A model generated the notes under the pieces. The model was not told the DNA's origin. It saw nothing but the letters and a program-made list of their open reading frames with translations, and ran no database searches. From positions 1 to 64,000 of the forward strand of contig JABANN010000129.1 of the NCBI GenBank assembly GCA_013115125.1: DNA of 64,000 bases. The letters run 5' to 3'. This document shows, in pieces, positions 24,613-53,114 of the stretch. The stretch comes from Perkinsus olseni (lineage: Eukaryota). The translations under genes were made by a program, and so were the position numbers. Each line of letters starts with the position of its first letter. Within the stretch, counting starts at the first letter, position 1.

Positions 24613-25695
24613 TCACGCTTCCTCCTCCTCCGACGGCCAGTCCGGTTGACTTTCAGGAGCCGCAGTCACGAAGGCCGGATGCCTCCTCAGCTCGATGTAA
24701 CTGAACATCCCATAATTTCGTGGCGCGCGGTCAAAACTTTATCTACATCTGATAGACTTTCGGGAACATCTTTTCGACGTCCATCCCTATTCTGTTGATC
24801 GCGTTGTAAACTTGCGGCACCAGACAGACATCAGCCACGGTAATGTCGTTCCCGACGCAGTACTTGTCGTCACTCGACAACAACTCCTCAACGGCAGCAA
24901 GGCCCCTCTGAGGAGAACAACAACAACAACCGCCACTCGAATTTCGTGGCGCGTGACGAAAATTACCTGTATAAAATGAGCGCTCCAATCCTGCGTTACA
25001 TCGTGGCCGACCAGCTCCGAGGCGTAGTTGATGCAGGAAAGATTCTGTAGGGGCTGCGTATCCGCGATGATGATAATCGCTATCTGCAACCGGTAAGGTC
25101 AAGTACTTTCCCTCCTCCCCCCACTCACCCTCACAGCCCGAGCCCGCAGTACCTGGCATGAAGTAATCGAGATCATTTCGATGAGGAATCATCGGCCAAT
25201 GGTACATCTAGTTATTCCCAAGTTAGCTGGAAAAGCGCAAAACATCTTCCATAAAAATATCTACTTCCAGCATTCCTTCCATGCTCAACCATCGCTTCGA
25301 GATATCCAAGGTCGAAGCATGCACACCACGGAAATTATGATTCCCTTTCAAAATCGCATACCCCTTACCGGATCCTGTGGCCAAAGCCTCGTACACTGCG
25401 GATAAGCGACCTCGAGGTAGTCGAGTATTGCCAGGCTCTGCGTCAACACTTCCCCATCCGGAGTCACCAAACTCGGCACCAGCCCAGAGGGGTTCACCTT
25501 CAGGTACCTTACGAACCACAATTTCGTGGCGCGCGGTCATACCGGCTCCTACTCGTCACTTTTCTGTTCACCCTTGTCGATATTCACAATCTTCATAGTA
25601 CAGGGAATTCCCTTGAGCGCCAGGCCTATGCGGACCCGATAAGCGCAGCTGCTGCGGTAAAAGGAATAGAGGACGACCAGAGCCGGGTCTGCCAT
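24613..25695 (-). CDS. GSTZ1: Glutathione S-transferase zeta / maleylacetoacetate isomerase, copy 2
   Basis: [73 protein letters not shown]. Confidence 0.95.
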
Positions 25696-25864
25696 CAGCA
25701 ACACAACTACTGGCCTGCTGAGAGCGCTCGATAGACCTGTCCTAAATTTCAGGAGGGCTTCTAGGATGGATTTTGACGGGTGGAGGGATCTTTGGAACTC
25801 AGGAGAGTCGCATTCAATATTCCATGAAAGCCTCGGAAAGCTCCCGCTTCGGACACTCTTGGCC

Positions 25865-39309
<13,445 letters not shown>

Positions 39310-39870
39310 TAGGAGACTTCAGCCATGACTCGTTGAATGGTGCTTCCCGCTACCGACTATTTTGTATTATAAAATCGACGATATTATCCTCGTAAGGATT
39401 AGTGATCAGGTTGGAAGGGGAAATCAAATACGATGCCCATGGACCTCAACCATTCACCAAACCTCGGTTGCGGCGCCGGCACGAGAGAGCACGAAGTCGA
39501 GCTAGAATAGAAGGGCGAGGAAAGATGGTATTCCGATAGCACGTCAGCCTGTGTAATCACTTGTCGTACGGGATCCCCAATATACGCAGTGGAGGCCGGG
39601 CCATTTTGGAGGCCGTGAGAGCTTCCTTCGCATCAAACAGAAGCCGGGTCACCGAGCCTTATTCCCAGTGAACATCAGGGCTCGATATCACGCCAGGCAT
39701 ATGATCGAACATTTCCCAGAAGAGCGTCATCAGGCGCAAAGTATCACTCATCCTAACATTTGTTGTTCCCTAAGAAGAGCCCTTCGCCCCGCCCATTGAC
39801 CCACTTCAACCACCCCCTACAATCACTAGAAACGTTGACTTGACAGTGGCGAGAAGCGAATCCTCAACTT

Positions 39871-43326
<3,456 letters not shown>

Positions 43327-43536
43327 CGGAATGGAAAAGGATATAACGTATCCTGATACGAAGAGAAAGATGCTCTGCTCAGAGTGGAAACTACATTATA
43401 CTGACCCAAGCGAATCGTCCGTCGAACAGCTACAGCCGCACGGGCAATCGTGCCTGGTTATCAGTATGTTGCGCAAGTAGGTCGTTCCGTGGTGAGCTAC
43501 GATGTATCGGGATCTGCAATACAGAAGACAGTTCTG

Positions 43537-43627
43537 GACCAACACAATCAGTGGGTTAATACTGGTGGGGATGAACATTGAATGGGCATTAAAACTGCTC
43601 GCGCGGGTTCGATCCCAACACCGGTCA
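43537..43627 (+). pseudogene. Decayed long-variable-arm (Ser/Leu-type) tRNA relic in the PRMT/ENY2 divergent spacer
   Basis: Variable-arm hairpin GGGCA-TTAAAAC-TGCTC, then GCGGGTTCGATCCC, an acceptor-like ACCGGTCA and TTTTT. The 5' half is degenerate. Confidence 0.45.
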
Positions 43628-43705
43628 TTTTTCCGTATTTAATTAATGAAGTGCCAGTCAGGCAAGGAATCCTTTTTCTACCATAACTTCCCTTCTTCTC
43701 ATTGA

Positions 43706-44795
43706 ATGACTGCCAATCACCGTGACAGCGACAGAGACCTCGAAGTCGTCAGACATAAGCTCAACCAGGCTTTGATAGAGAGCGGCGAAAGGGATCGGTT
43801 GAAGCAGTAATAGTAGCATAAAAGGGGAAGATGTATTAATTCGTTGGGAAAAGTGTGGTACTAATTTGTTTCGGATAGTGTGGTACTAATTTGTTTTGGA
43901 TAGTGTGGTATTAATTTGTTTCGGATAGTGTGGTATTAATTTGTTTCGGATAGTGTGGTATTAATTTGTTTCGGATAGTGTGGTATTAATTTGTTTCGGA
44001 TAGTGTGGTACTAATTTGTTTCGGATAGTGTGGTACTAATTTGTTTCGGATAGTGTGGTATTAATTTGTTCCGGATAGTGTGGTATTAATTTGTTTTGGA
44101 TAGTGTGGTATTAATTTGTTTTGGATAGTGTGGTATTAATTCGTTTCGGATAGTGTGGTATTAATTCGTTTCGAAAAGTGTGGTATGTGTAGTTAAGCCT
44201 GCAAAGAGTATTTCCTTGCCAAATCACCGCGTTATCCTCTACGAGGAACATCTAGCGTACTCGGGGTACTCTGCGAAATGCCAGGGTCGACCTTAGATAC
44301 GTGATGGACCAGTTGATGCGATCAGGCTGGCGAGATGAGCTCAAAGAATACTGTGTTGGTGTGATGCTCCTCCCATGCTCATCTTGAGAATTAAATTCAT
44401 CAGATTTTATAAAGTCGCGAGGCGTCGAGGCCGTATCAGTCGATGATATTGTATCCCATGTGGCTCCCAGAGGAAGACAGTTGGTGCCTGGACATGTCAA
44501 GAATGAGGTATTACCACTTCAGTCGCGTTGCATCAGAAGTAGTTTGAGTAATTCCGTGGTTTCCTGAGAGTATTTGTTCCCTAATTGATCTTAACAATTG
44601 GTCGATTTTCGGACAAAGTCCGAAAATTTTTCGGAAACCCTCCATGGCGAAATAAAAATCGGGTTCTTGTGCCTGGAACCCATTCGGGACCAGTGCGATC
44701 CACACCGCTCCGTCGTCACGTCGTATAGTGATAGCGAGTAGGTTCTCGAACGCATCAAGGACTTCGCAAGTAAACAGGAGAAGACGGAGATATAG
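43706..44795 (+). CDS. ENY2: ENY2/Sus1 transcription and mRNA export factor
   Basis: Spliced: KLNQALIESGERDRLKQ-YVMDQLMRSGWRDELKEYCV-DFIKSRGVEAVSVDDIVSHVAPRGRQLVPGHVKNE-VLERIKDF. Confidence 0.93.
43852..44186. repeat. Intronic 25-bp minisatellite, 13 full copies plus a partial copy
   Basis: Unit AGTGTGGTA(T/C)TAATTTGTTT(C/T)GGAT repeated at 25-bp spacing in ENY2 intron 1. Confidence 0.97.
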
Positions 44796-45167
44796 CATGA
44801 CTCACTGTTGGTATCTTAGCTTGAGTTATGAGTGGCACAATTGGGGGGTATCTTTTACATACAGTCTGCGTTCGCTGATTGAGGTGCTTCGCTGATCGGG
44901 CTTGGCTGTGCTCAGTTGAGGATTTGTGTATTATACGGTCCTTCGCCAGGCTCGCTCGAGGATCTCATTTCGATCCCTATGCGCGGAAGTGGGAGTGCGG
45001 GTATCTTCTACATACTACTTGACGGTTCTGTGACGGTGGCTTGACTGTGCCCCGTAGATGATATATGTCTTTAACACGCTCCTTCGCCGGGCTCGCTCGA
45101 GGAACTTGAGCTCGACTGAGGAGTATCATGATGAGACAGTTGGTTGCCCTTTCATTCGTTGGTAGTA

Positions 45168-47794
45168 ATGACAGACCGTCAGAATCGCCCCGGCCAAAAG
45201 ACCGGTTCCGGAGCCCCCATGACGGCCCAGGAGGCGGCTATGGACAGGAGAGAGAGGCTCAGAAGACTTGCGATGGAGACGGTACTAATCACTTCGGGAG
45301 GAGGGAGAGAGAACTCATTGATGTCAATCCTGTCCAGCTGGATTTGTAGTGTTTTATCATGCTCGATTGCAACGGAAACGCATGAACTCGTTCATCTTTC
45401 AACGTCTTTGATTAATCACAACGATTCGATATCGAAGAGAGCAGGGAGAGGCTTATGTCCATGTGGTTGCGCTCAGTTAACACTATTTCATCGCCGCCGA
45501 TTGCAACAAAAAAGTAGTCGTTGATATCTCATTCACGGCGTGCGTTTCGAGTACCTAAGGGGTCTCATCCCCTCCGCACCGTCTCCTCCACTTTGGCCCT
45601 TCGCCATTTTGAAAATGTGGATTCCATATCTGCAGTTGTAGTATCTTGTTCATTTTGGTATTCTCAGGTTGACCTGTCAAAAGATCCGTATCTTCTGCGT
45701 AATCATCTGGGTACTTACGAGTGTAAGTTGTGTCTTACTCTGCATACGAATGAAGGCAGCTACCTGGCACATACTCAGGGAAAGAAGCATCAGGTAGGCG
45801 TCGGGGCTGGGGATTTCACCAAAATATTTTTCCTTGCGAAAGAACAGATAAAATACCTAGAAATTTTCAACCATGGTGAAAAACTATTACCGGACAATGA
45901 TGAATTTTTTTGATTTGTGATCAATTTTCTTGGCAGAATTTTCTAGGAAAATCGTGTTCCGTTTTCGCGTAGCTGCCGGTTGGAGCTGTTAGTGTGCAAA
46001 GTTACAGCCTTTAGCGAGTAAAGTACAGCATGCAGGAGATTGGGGAGGTTATGCCACATGGCAGCAACAGCAGCTGGAGGCAACACAGTGGTGCCAACAC
46101 TCGGATGTTGGCTCAGTGCGTCGATTGTTCGACCGCCGTTCCCGTTGTGGCGTAGTGGCCTCATTCTCAGAAAACTCAGAAAATTGCATCCATTTCGAGC
46201 TTGTCTTGAGGGATAACGAATTACGAATTCGGCTGTAGGGTTCAATGCAACTCGTAGCGGATTGGAGGATCGGCAACTAAGTGATTCACCGGGCCTGAAT
46301 TCTCTCTTCTGATGATATCTTAGAGAACGCGCAATGATAGGTGAATCTGGCGAGGAGAGCAGCTAAGGAGGCGATGGTTGGCACGCCCGCACCGATCCCG
46401 GGAGAGGGTGATGGTCCGTATGGTGCGCAAGGCCTTCACAAGAGTAAGTAGTATCTTATGTCGAAGGCGGCATTGGACGAAATTTTGGATATTTCGTCAA
46501 TTTCAGAGTCGGTTGCGCCTAGGATTGGTCGGCCGGGGTATCGTGTGACGAAGCAGAGAGACCCGATGACGTACCAGAAGAGTTTGTTGTTTGAGGTGGA
46601 CTATCCCGAGATCGACACAAAGGTCACCACCACGCCATTGTAAGATCTGGGCGGGGTTTACTGGGACTTAGAGAAGTCCGCGATAAATGAGTATTGAGCG
46701 ATAGAATCTCATAAGCGGGACCCGTCGCTTGATTCCCGAGGCAGGGGTTTCGACAGAAATGTTACGCAAACGTGTGGAAAAGACGGGAGGAAATAAGGCT
46801 AGGATTGAGACAAACTTGAAGGGAGTACAGTGCTCCAGATAATCTCAGAATATTTCGAAAAAGATATCTCCGTAAGTTACGGAGATTTCGGAGTTACGGA
46901 CCGTAACAATCGCGAATCAGAAGCTGTTTCTTGAATATGTTGTGTATAATGGCAATGCATAAAGATTGTGATCAAAACCGTTTCATGAGTAGATTCTGAG
47001 AAATGGGCACAAATGCGTGGGTTTCTTTCACGCAAGATTATGTTGAGCACAAATGTCGTGAACTTAGCGAGATGTCCAAGCATCTTCCAGAGGCTTCAAG
47101 TTTCTACATGATAGACTGCTTCTCTGAGATGACTTACGGCAGTCGTTGGGGAGGGTCGACCATCATGCAAGATTCCTCGATCTTTTCTCAGGTATCGTAT
47201 TATGTCATGTTACGAGCAAAGGGTGGAGGAGCCCGATAGGGACTATCAGTAATAACCGGGTATCTTAGGTCGAAGCTTGCACTTTACGGTGGGGCTAGCG
47301 CGAGATAGTCGGGGATTATCTTCACTCTTGCGTGATATCTTGTGAAGATAGGGCATGCTGAATGTTGTGGGTATCTTAGGTCGAAGCTTGCATTGAGTAA
47401 TTGCATTCTAAATCACCTTAATGTGATCAGGTATCTTCTGATTGCCGCGGAGCCTTATGAGACCATCTCCTTCAAGATTCCCAATCTTGATATTGACAGA
47501 AGCCCGGAGAAGCTGTACCAGCATTGGGATCCCGTGAGAAAAAATTACATGTTACAGGTAACGGCGGAGCGAAGCAATTTGGGTGTGGTTGGAGAAGGTG
47601 GCGGCACATCGTCGTTCACGGTATCACTGAATTCTGAGCACAGTGTGGTGGTTCGGTCGAATTTCGTGGCGCGCGGTAATATTTATCCTTCGCTGTGCGT
47701 TGCTCAGTTGTGCTTCAACGAGAGGGGGGAGAAGCAGCTGCCTGCCTTGGCCGGTAAATCGGGCCACTTCGATCCGATTGGAGTTAGGGGCTAA
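45168..47794 (+). CDS. SF3A2: Splicing factor 3A subunit 2 (SF3a66/PRP11)
   Basis: DRQNRPGQKTGSG, DRRERLRRLAMETVDLSKDPY, ECKLCLTLHTNEGSYLAHTQGKKHQ, IGRPGYRVTKQRDP, YLLIAAEPYETISFKIP. Confidence 0.97.
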
Positions 47795-48017
47795 GGAAGA
47801 TTACGATGATAAGAAGCTTTATACGTTGGACGGAAAAGTTGTGTTCACCGGGGATCGAACCTGGGTCTTCCGACTGTTAATACGGGATTCAGTCTATTCT
47901 TTTGGGTTGAACTACAGTAGTTATCCCATTTTCGGACTGACTTGAATTCGCTAAGGGATAGGGGCTCCGGCAAATCCTTCCTCACAAACAGAGGAGAGGC
48001 GTGGAAGACGGACGAGT

Positions 48018-50620
48018 TCATCTGATTCCAGTGGGGCCGTCATTGCTTCTGGCTGACTTCCCGGTCTTGGCGAGGACCACTGCCCGAACTCCCAGTCCCG
48101 AGTCAGTTTTGTTATGGCCAACCCTCAGCGAGCTAGCCTGCTCGAGAGTGTCCAGAAGGCAGCCCAGGACAGCTATCGTTGGCGTGTCGATGATCCCTGC
48201 ACGAGCAGTGGGGAGGACCTCAGGATTTGGAAGTTCGATGATGATATGGGCGACTGTGAGTTGGGTGATGGATGGTACGGTCGTATAGCTTGGCATATTT
48301 TCACGTTTGATTTGGAGTGCTCAAGTTTCTACAGTGAAGGGGCTGCTGCTGGGTATCGAGGCTTCTGTGGTGAACCGACCTTTGGCATTGTGTGGGACTT
48401 GTTACAGAGTTTACCATGGAAAACTTACTCGACTTTTTTACCTTCGGTTCAACTTGAAATCGATTACATGATCGATTCTGAGTTATCTGTTGTAATTGAT
48501 TAACGGGTGTGAAAGTTTCTCTTCTGAAAGCTATTATTCGCGGATGCAGGAGTTTTTTCAAGCTTGTCCAAGATGATTTTTGTATACCCCGCAGATGGAA
48601 TCTTTGGACGCACAGCGAAGGTTTTTTCTGTGAATTTCGTGGCGCGCGAAGTTACATGTCGGTGTGAGCAGGTACGAAGTTGCCTTTAAAATTACTAGGC
48701 CCTTCGGACAGGTTGGACTTACCATCGGACTGCGGCTCGGAAGCGACCACTGTCCTCGCTCTGGTGGGGGAGGGGATGGTCTCCTCGGAGGTGTTGTTCT
48801 ATGAGGCCTCCCCGTTGACAGGCTTACCACCTAAGCTGCCTTTGGAAGACGTTTCTTGAGCTATGTGGCTGTTGAATTTTATGCTACTTTACCGACCACA
48901 ACCGGTCGACACCATCGTGGCTGCAGGGGTGATTTCGTGGGGTCCGTCCCTGAGAACGGTAGGGGGAAGCGTATGCGTAGCGATTGTACGACTATCATTC
49001 ATCCCCGGCTCGGTGGTCGGTGTTCTTTCAAGGCGAGGATCTTCTGGGCCGCTCCAGCGCCGCTGCTTCTTCTACAATACTTCTCTCGGTGGATTCTCTC
49101 TGTCCCTGGCCTTCGCGGTCACCTGTGATTGGCTATCTAGAGAATCGAGATGACTTCGCGGGGCTGATGCGGAATCCCCTCAGATTTTTGCCTCTGATGG
49201 CCAGCGTTCTTCGCTGGGTAGGGTCGACACTGTCGCGTCGTCTAGATCAGAGGTTCTGGTTGGGCGGCTCCGTGCAGCTGTCAAGACCGTGGAGTGCACA
49301 GCAACAGCAGCAGATTTGGGAGTTCAGGGGGATATCGTCCAAGTGTCGGATGTAGGCAAGGGCGACGAGAGGTGGTGAGGGTTATTGGTGATAGCAGTGA
49401 GGATAATGAATCGTCTGAATAGCGGATCGCTGTATTCAAGCAGAGTTTTCATCCCTACACACGTTTCGGTTTCTACTTTGTAGCGGGCCGTTAGTAAGGG
49501 CTTGAAGTGTCTGTGGTGGTTCCGTTCGAAGCCCCTGGACCGTTAGCGCCCCGGGAGCGCAGATCGTAGTGGTTATAACCATGTCTGTGTCGTGAGGTGA
49601 AGGCAAGGCGCAATCAACGTTGGTTGCTTACAACAACGTGTTTGCTGATAATGAATGAGAGATGGTCTGTCGCAGATCGTGCTGCTCTTGGACGATGATC
49701 ATCAGTGTTGGCTCAGCGGCAGATTAATGGCAGTCCGGGGCGTGGTCTGGTTCAGGTATCTTTCTATCAAGAAGTATCATTTCATTAAGCGGTGCAAGAA
49801 GAACATAGGCGTATCCAAGATACCTCAGCTGCATAGGAAGGCCCGTTCCAAGGCTGTGAGTAGGGGAAGGTGTGGTATGAGTTATTGGAGTCCTGTGATT
49901 GGTAGGAGAAGAAGCGCCCTATCCAGAAGGAGCATCGGGCCACGCCGAAAATTATGGTGTTCCGTCGGGAACGATGACCTGTGGCCTCTAACATGATGAA
50001 AGTGTGTGCCGTTTCCGTTTCCTTGTCCGTCGGTCTCGCGTTGGCGGCAGGCCGCATAAATTCTCTTCTATCGATGACAGAACTGTAGATGAGCTCATGT
50101 AGAGATGAGTTTATCGGCTGGGGTGATGTGGAATTGATCGGGTTGGCACGACGGTGGTAACTTCTACGTCGGCCACTCGCTATCTTACTCGGCCATTGCT
50201 GTGGCCACTACCATGACAGTTTATGTTGTTTCCGTTTTCTCGGTCTTCACGGTTTCGCCTTGTGTGCATCGGGTGTATCTTGTGCGACCGAATCAGAGGT
50301 GAACTGAGTTCACTGAACTCGCTTATGGGTGAGCCGAGCGAGTTTGGTGAGGAGTCCGCAGTCGCGGCGAGCCCTGTCTGGAAGAGCAGGTTGAGGGCCA
50401 CTGTTGTGTAGAATTGGCCTGATGACCGCTGGAAGCCCCCTCGAGGAGAGGGACGTCGTGGTTGTGCCGTGAACAGTCCGAATCGGACTGTCCGATGTAT
50501 CAGGAAGGCTTCGACCAATTTGGACTGGTCGAATGGTTCATGGTCGAATGAGTTGGGAGAAATAGTCGACCGCCTCGGTGACCGCCCTTCGGTCAGCCCT
50601 CTTCTTCTTGAGACCATCAA
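48018..50620 (-). CDS. Probable spliced hypothetical gene
   Basis: Run of minus-strand coding-like segments starting MVSRRRGLTEGRSPRRSTISP..., divergent from the nuclease gene. No recognisable domain; exons not resolved. Confidence 0.35.
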
Positions 50621-50741
50621 TGACTTCAGTTTCGAATCTTCTTGTTTGTTGATACTTAAGTTATCTTGTGGCGGCTACCGTCAGCCTCCTTCTGAGACCA
50701 TCGCCGACTGGCAGTTTTGAATTTCTTGATTGTTGATAGTA

Positions 50742-51839
50742 ATGAGATCGATACTCCCTTCAGTCGCCTCCGCCCTTCTCCTTTCTGCTCAGGAGGCTTC
50801 CTCTTGGGGCCCCGACGGCCACGCTGTCGTCGCTGAACTTGCCGATACTCGTATGTCGAGTGACGCCAGGAAGTGGATCTACGAGATCATGGGGGAGGGC
50901 TACCGCCTGGCGACCTCAGCCAGCTGGGCGGACAGTATCCTTCACGGCAGTGATAGTGGCAGCTGGCAGTGGTCCATGCCCTTGCACTACGTTAATGTTG
51001 ACAACTGCGAGTTCGTGTATTCCAGAGACTGCCAGAGCGATGTGTGTGTGGCGGGAGCGATCAAAAATTATACGGCCCAGTTGACTAATACGAGTTTATC
51101 GGCGGAGCGAAGGCAGGAGGCTGTGAAATTTTTAACACATTTTATGGGAGATGTCCACCAACCTCTTCACGCTGGACGATACACAGATCTGGGCGGCAAC
51201 ACGATCAGCGTTGCTATTAACTTCGCCAATTACGAGAAGACCAATCTGCATATGGTCTGGGATGAGAAGCTTATCGACGAGTATGAGGAGGAGCTCTATC
51301 CGGGAACCTATGTCCAGCAGGACGCCGATTACGATATGGACCGCACCCAGTACTGGAGCGTGACCGCTGATGAGATCGGACGAGACTTGAACGCTGGTGG
51401 AAAGTATGCTGGCAAGGTGGCTTCGTGGCTGAGCAAGTGTGAAAGTCTAGGGCTCGATGTTTGTGTGAATGAGATGGTGCAAGAGTCGGCTTCGTTGGCC
51501 TGCATGGTTGCTTACGTCAATGTGGACGGTGCCCAGGTCCAGAATAACGGCAGTTTGTCGATGGACTACTACAACAGCAGGATAGAGACTGTCAGGGAGC
51601 AGCTCGCTAAGGGAGCTGTCCGCCTGGCTTGGGTGTTGGACAACGCTTTCGATAATTTTACTACCACAACTGCACCTCCTACTACTACTTCGACAACCAC
51701 CCCGACGACGACAGGCACTTCTTCGGATAGTACCGCACCAACGCCAACTTCTACTACCCCATCTAGCGGCGCTGTGACTTACCATGGTCGAGCTTGGATG
51801 CTTTTTGTTGGTATCATGGCGGTAGTTGCTACGCTGTGA
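50742..51839 (+). CDS. S1/P1 (class I) nuclease, secreted, with Thr-rich stalk and probable GPI signal; intronless
   Basis: Signal peptide followed by WGPDGH; SWAD, LHYVN, FLTHFMGDVHQPLH, DLGGN, NLHMVWD, QLAKGAVRLA; poly-Thr stalk; hydrophobic C-terminus. Confidence 0.95.
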   Translation: MRSILPSVASALLLSAQEASSWGPDGHAVVAELADTRMSSDARKWIYEIMGEGYRLATSASWADSILHGSDSGSWQWSMPLHYVNVDNCEFVYSRDCQSDVCVAGAIKNYTAQLTNTSLSAERRQEAVKFLTHFMGDVHQPLHAGRYTDLGGNTISVAINFANYEKTNLHMVWDEKLIDEYEEELYPGTYVQQDADYDMDRTQYWSVTADEIGRDLNAGGKYAGKVASWLSKCESLGLDVCVNEMVQESASLACMVAYVNVDGAQVQNNGSLSMDYYNSRIETVREQLAKGAVRLAWVLDNAFDNFTTTTAPPTTTSTTTPTTTGTSSDSTAPTPTSTTPSSGAVTYHGRAWMLFVGIMAVVATL

Positions 51840-53114
51840 GCTTCTACGTGATCTTTAATGGGTCTGACCGGGCGGGTCTGCAGGTCTCGAGGGACACCTT
51901 CTATTCTATCCTTCCTTAACAACATCTTAATATCGTCTGGCTTGCCTGTAGTATGGCTGTCAACCTGGTCTCCTATTGTCGACTATGAGCAGCTCACCGG
52001 TGAACAGCAGCCAGTTTAACCTTGAAGTCGGTAGCAGCTCCTCCCTCTCAATTGTGTCTGGGGGGTCCCCTTTATCAAATGCATCGCCTTGTGTTCTGTC
52101 ATGTATCGCGGGACTCTCATCGTTCTCTCCTCAGTTAGAAAGGTCCTTGGCCAAGCGGTTTCGTGTGGAGGGAGTGACGTAATTAGGTGGCCCGTGCGGC
52201 ACCCTTCCACGTGCTTTCTTTCAACGGTTATTGATTTGCTCTTTCTGATCGGAAGATTCTTCCAATGAGAAGATGAACCGAGCTCACTAAAACGGTTAGC
52301 TGAGATGAGCCTCGATAGAATTCGCCTCGTGATGGTGTGATGTGGAAGGCTTCCTGTGCCGGTCAGCCGTAGAAGGTAAGGAAGCTGCAAGCTTCGCCCC
52401 AATGCAGTCGGTCCCCAGTTGTCTAACAGGCTGTCTAACAGCCAATTCTCTCCGTGCAAAAGTTTTGTACTCACGGACAAATCTCAACTCTTGCGATTCG
52501 CACATCAAAATGCAACGTATTGTACTCTCAGCGGCTCCCACAGACATTTAGCGATAGCTTAACCTCTGTTGGTTCGATCTGAAGTCCCTAGGCGAGAACA
52601 CAAAGGTTGGGCAGTGGCCAGGCCCGAGCTTTCCAACAGGTATTGTCAAATGACAGTGGATTTAGGGGGCATCCTGTGAATTTGAAGTACATTCAAGCTG
52701 CCGATCCCTCATGCGAAAGGAGGCCGACATTTTATGAGCGGCCAAGCAGCATATTATTTCTACGATTGCCAATCGCCGATTGGTCAGACCGTGTTAGACA
52801 CTGCCAAGTTCATCACTTCACTTACCTCGTCATTATGGTGACACGATCACACACTTTGCCACCTCGCTGGGAGGTTATAATAGGTTGTCAATAGACTTTG
52901 ACACCGGTATCGAATTATGCCATCGCGTATCCGGTAGCCTCCACGCTTGATACGAAGGAATGGCTTGTCGTGTTGGGACACTCGAGAGGTCCTTGACTTG
53001 GTCAGTGATCTTTGCTTGTGGAGATCTATATTTCCTCAGTACTGTGCCAGCTCGCTATGCTCTCTTCACGCTCGCTCATCATCCTTACCATCGGTATACG
53101 AGGACATCTAGGAG

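Noticed and set aside
43852-44186. CRISPR or telomeric array
   Set aside because: Head-to-tail 25-mers without spacers, internal to an intron.
44846-45105. Diverged ~150-bp tandem duplication between ENY2 and SF3A2
   Set aside because: Real but unremarkable; no function is evident.
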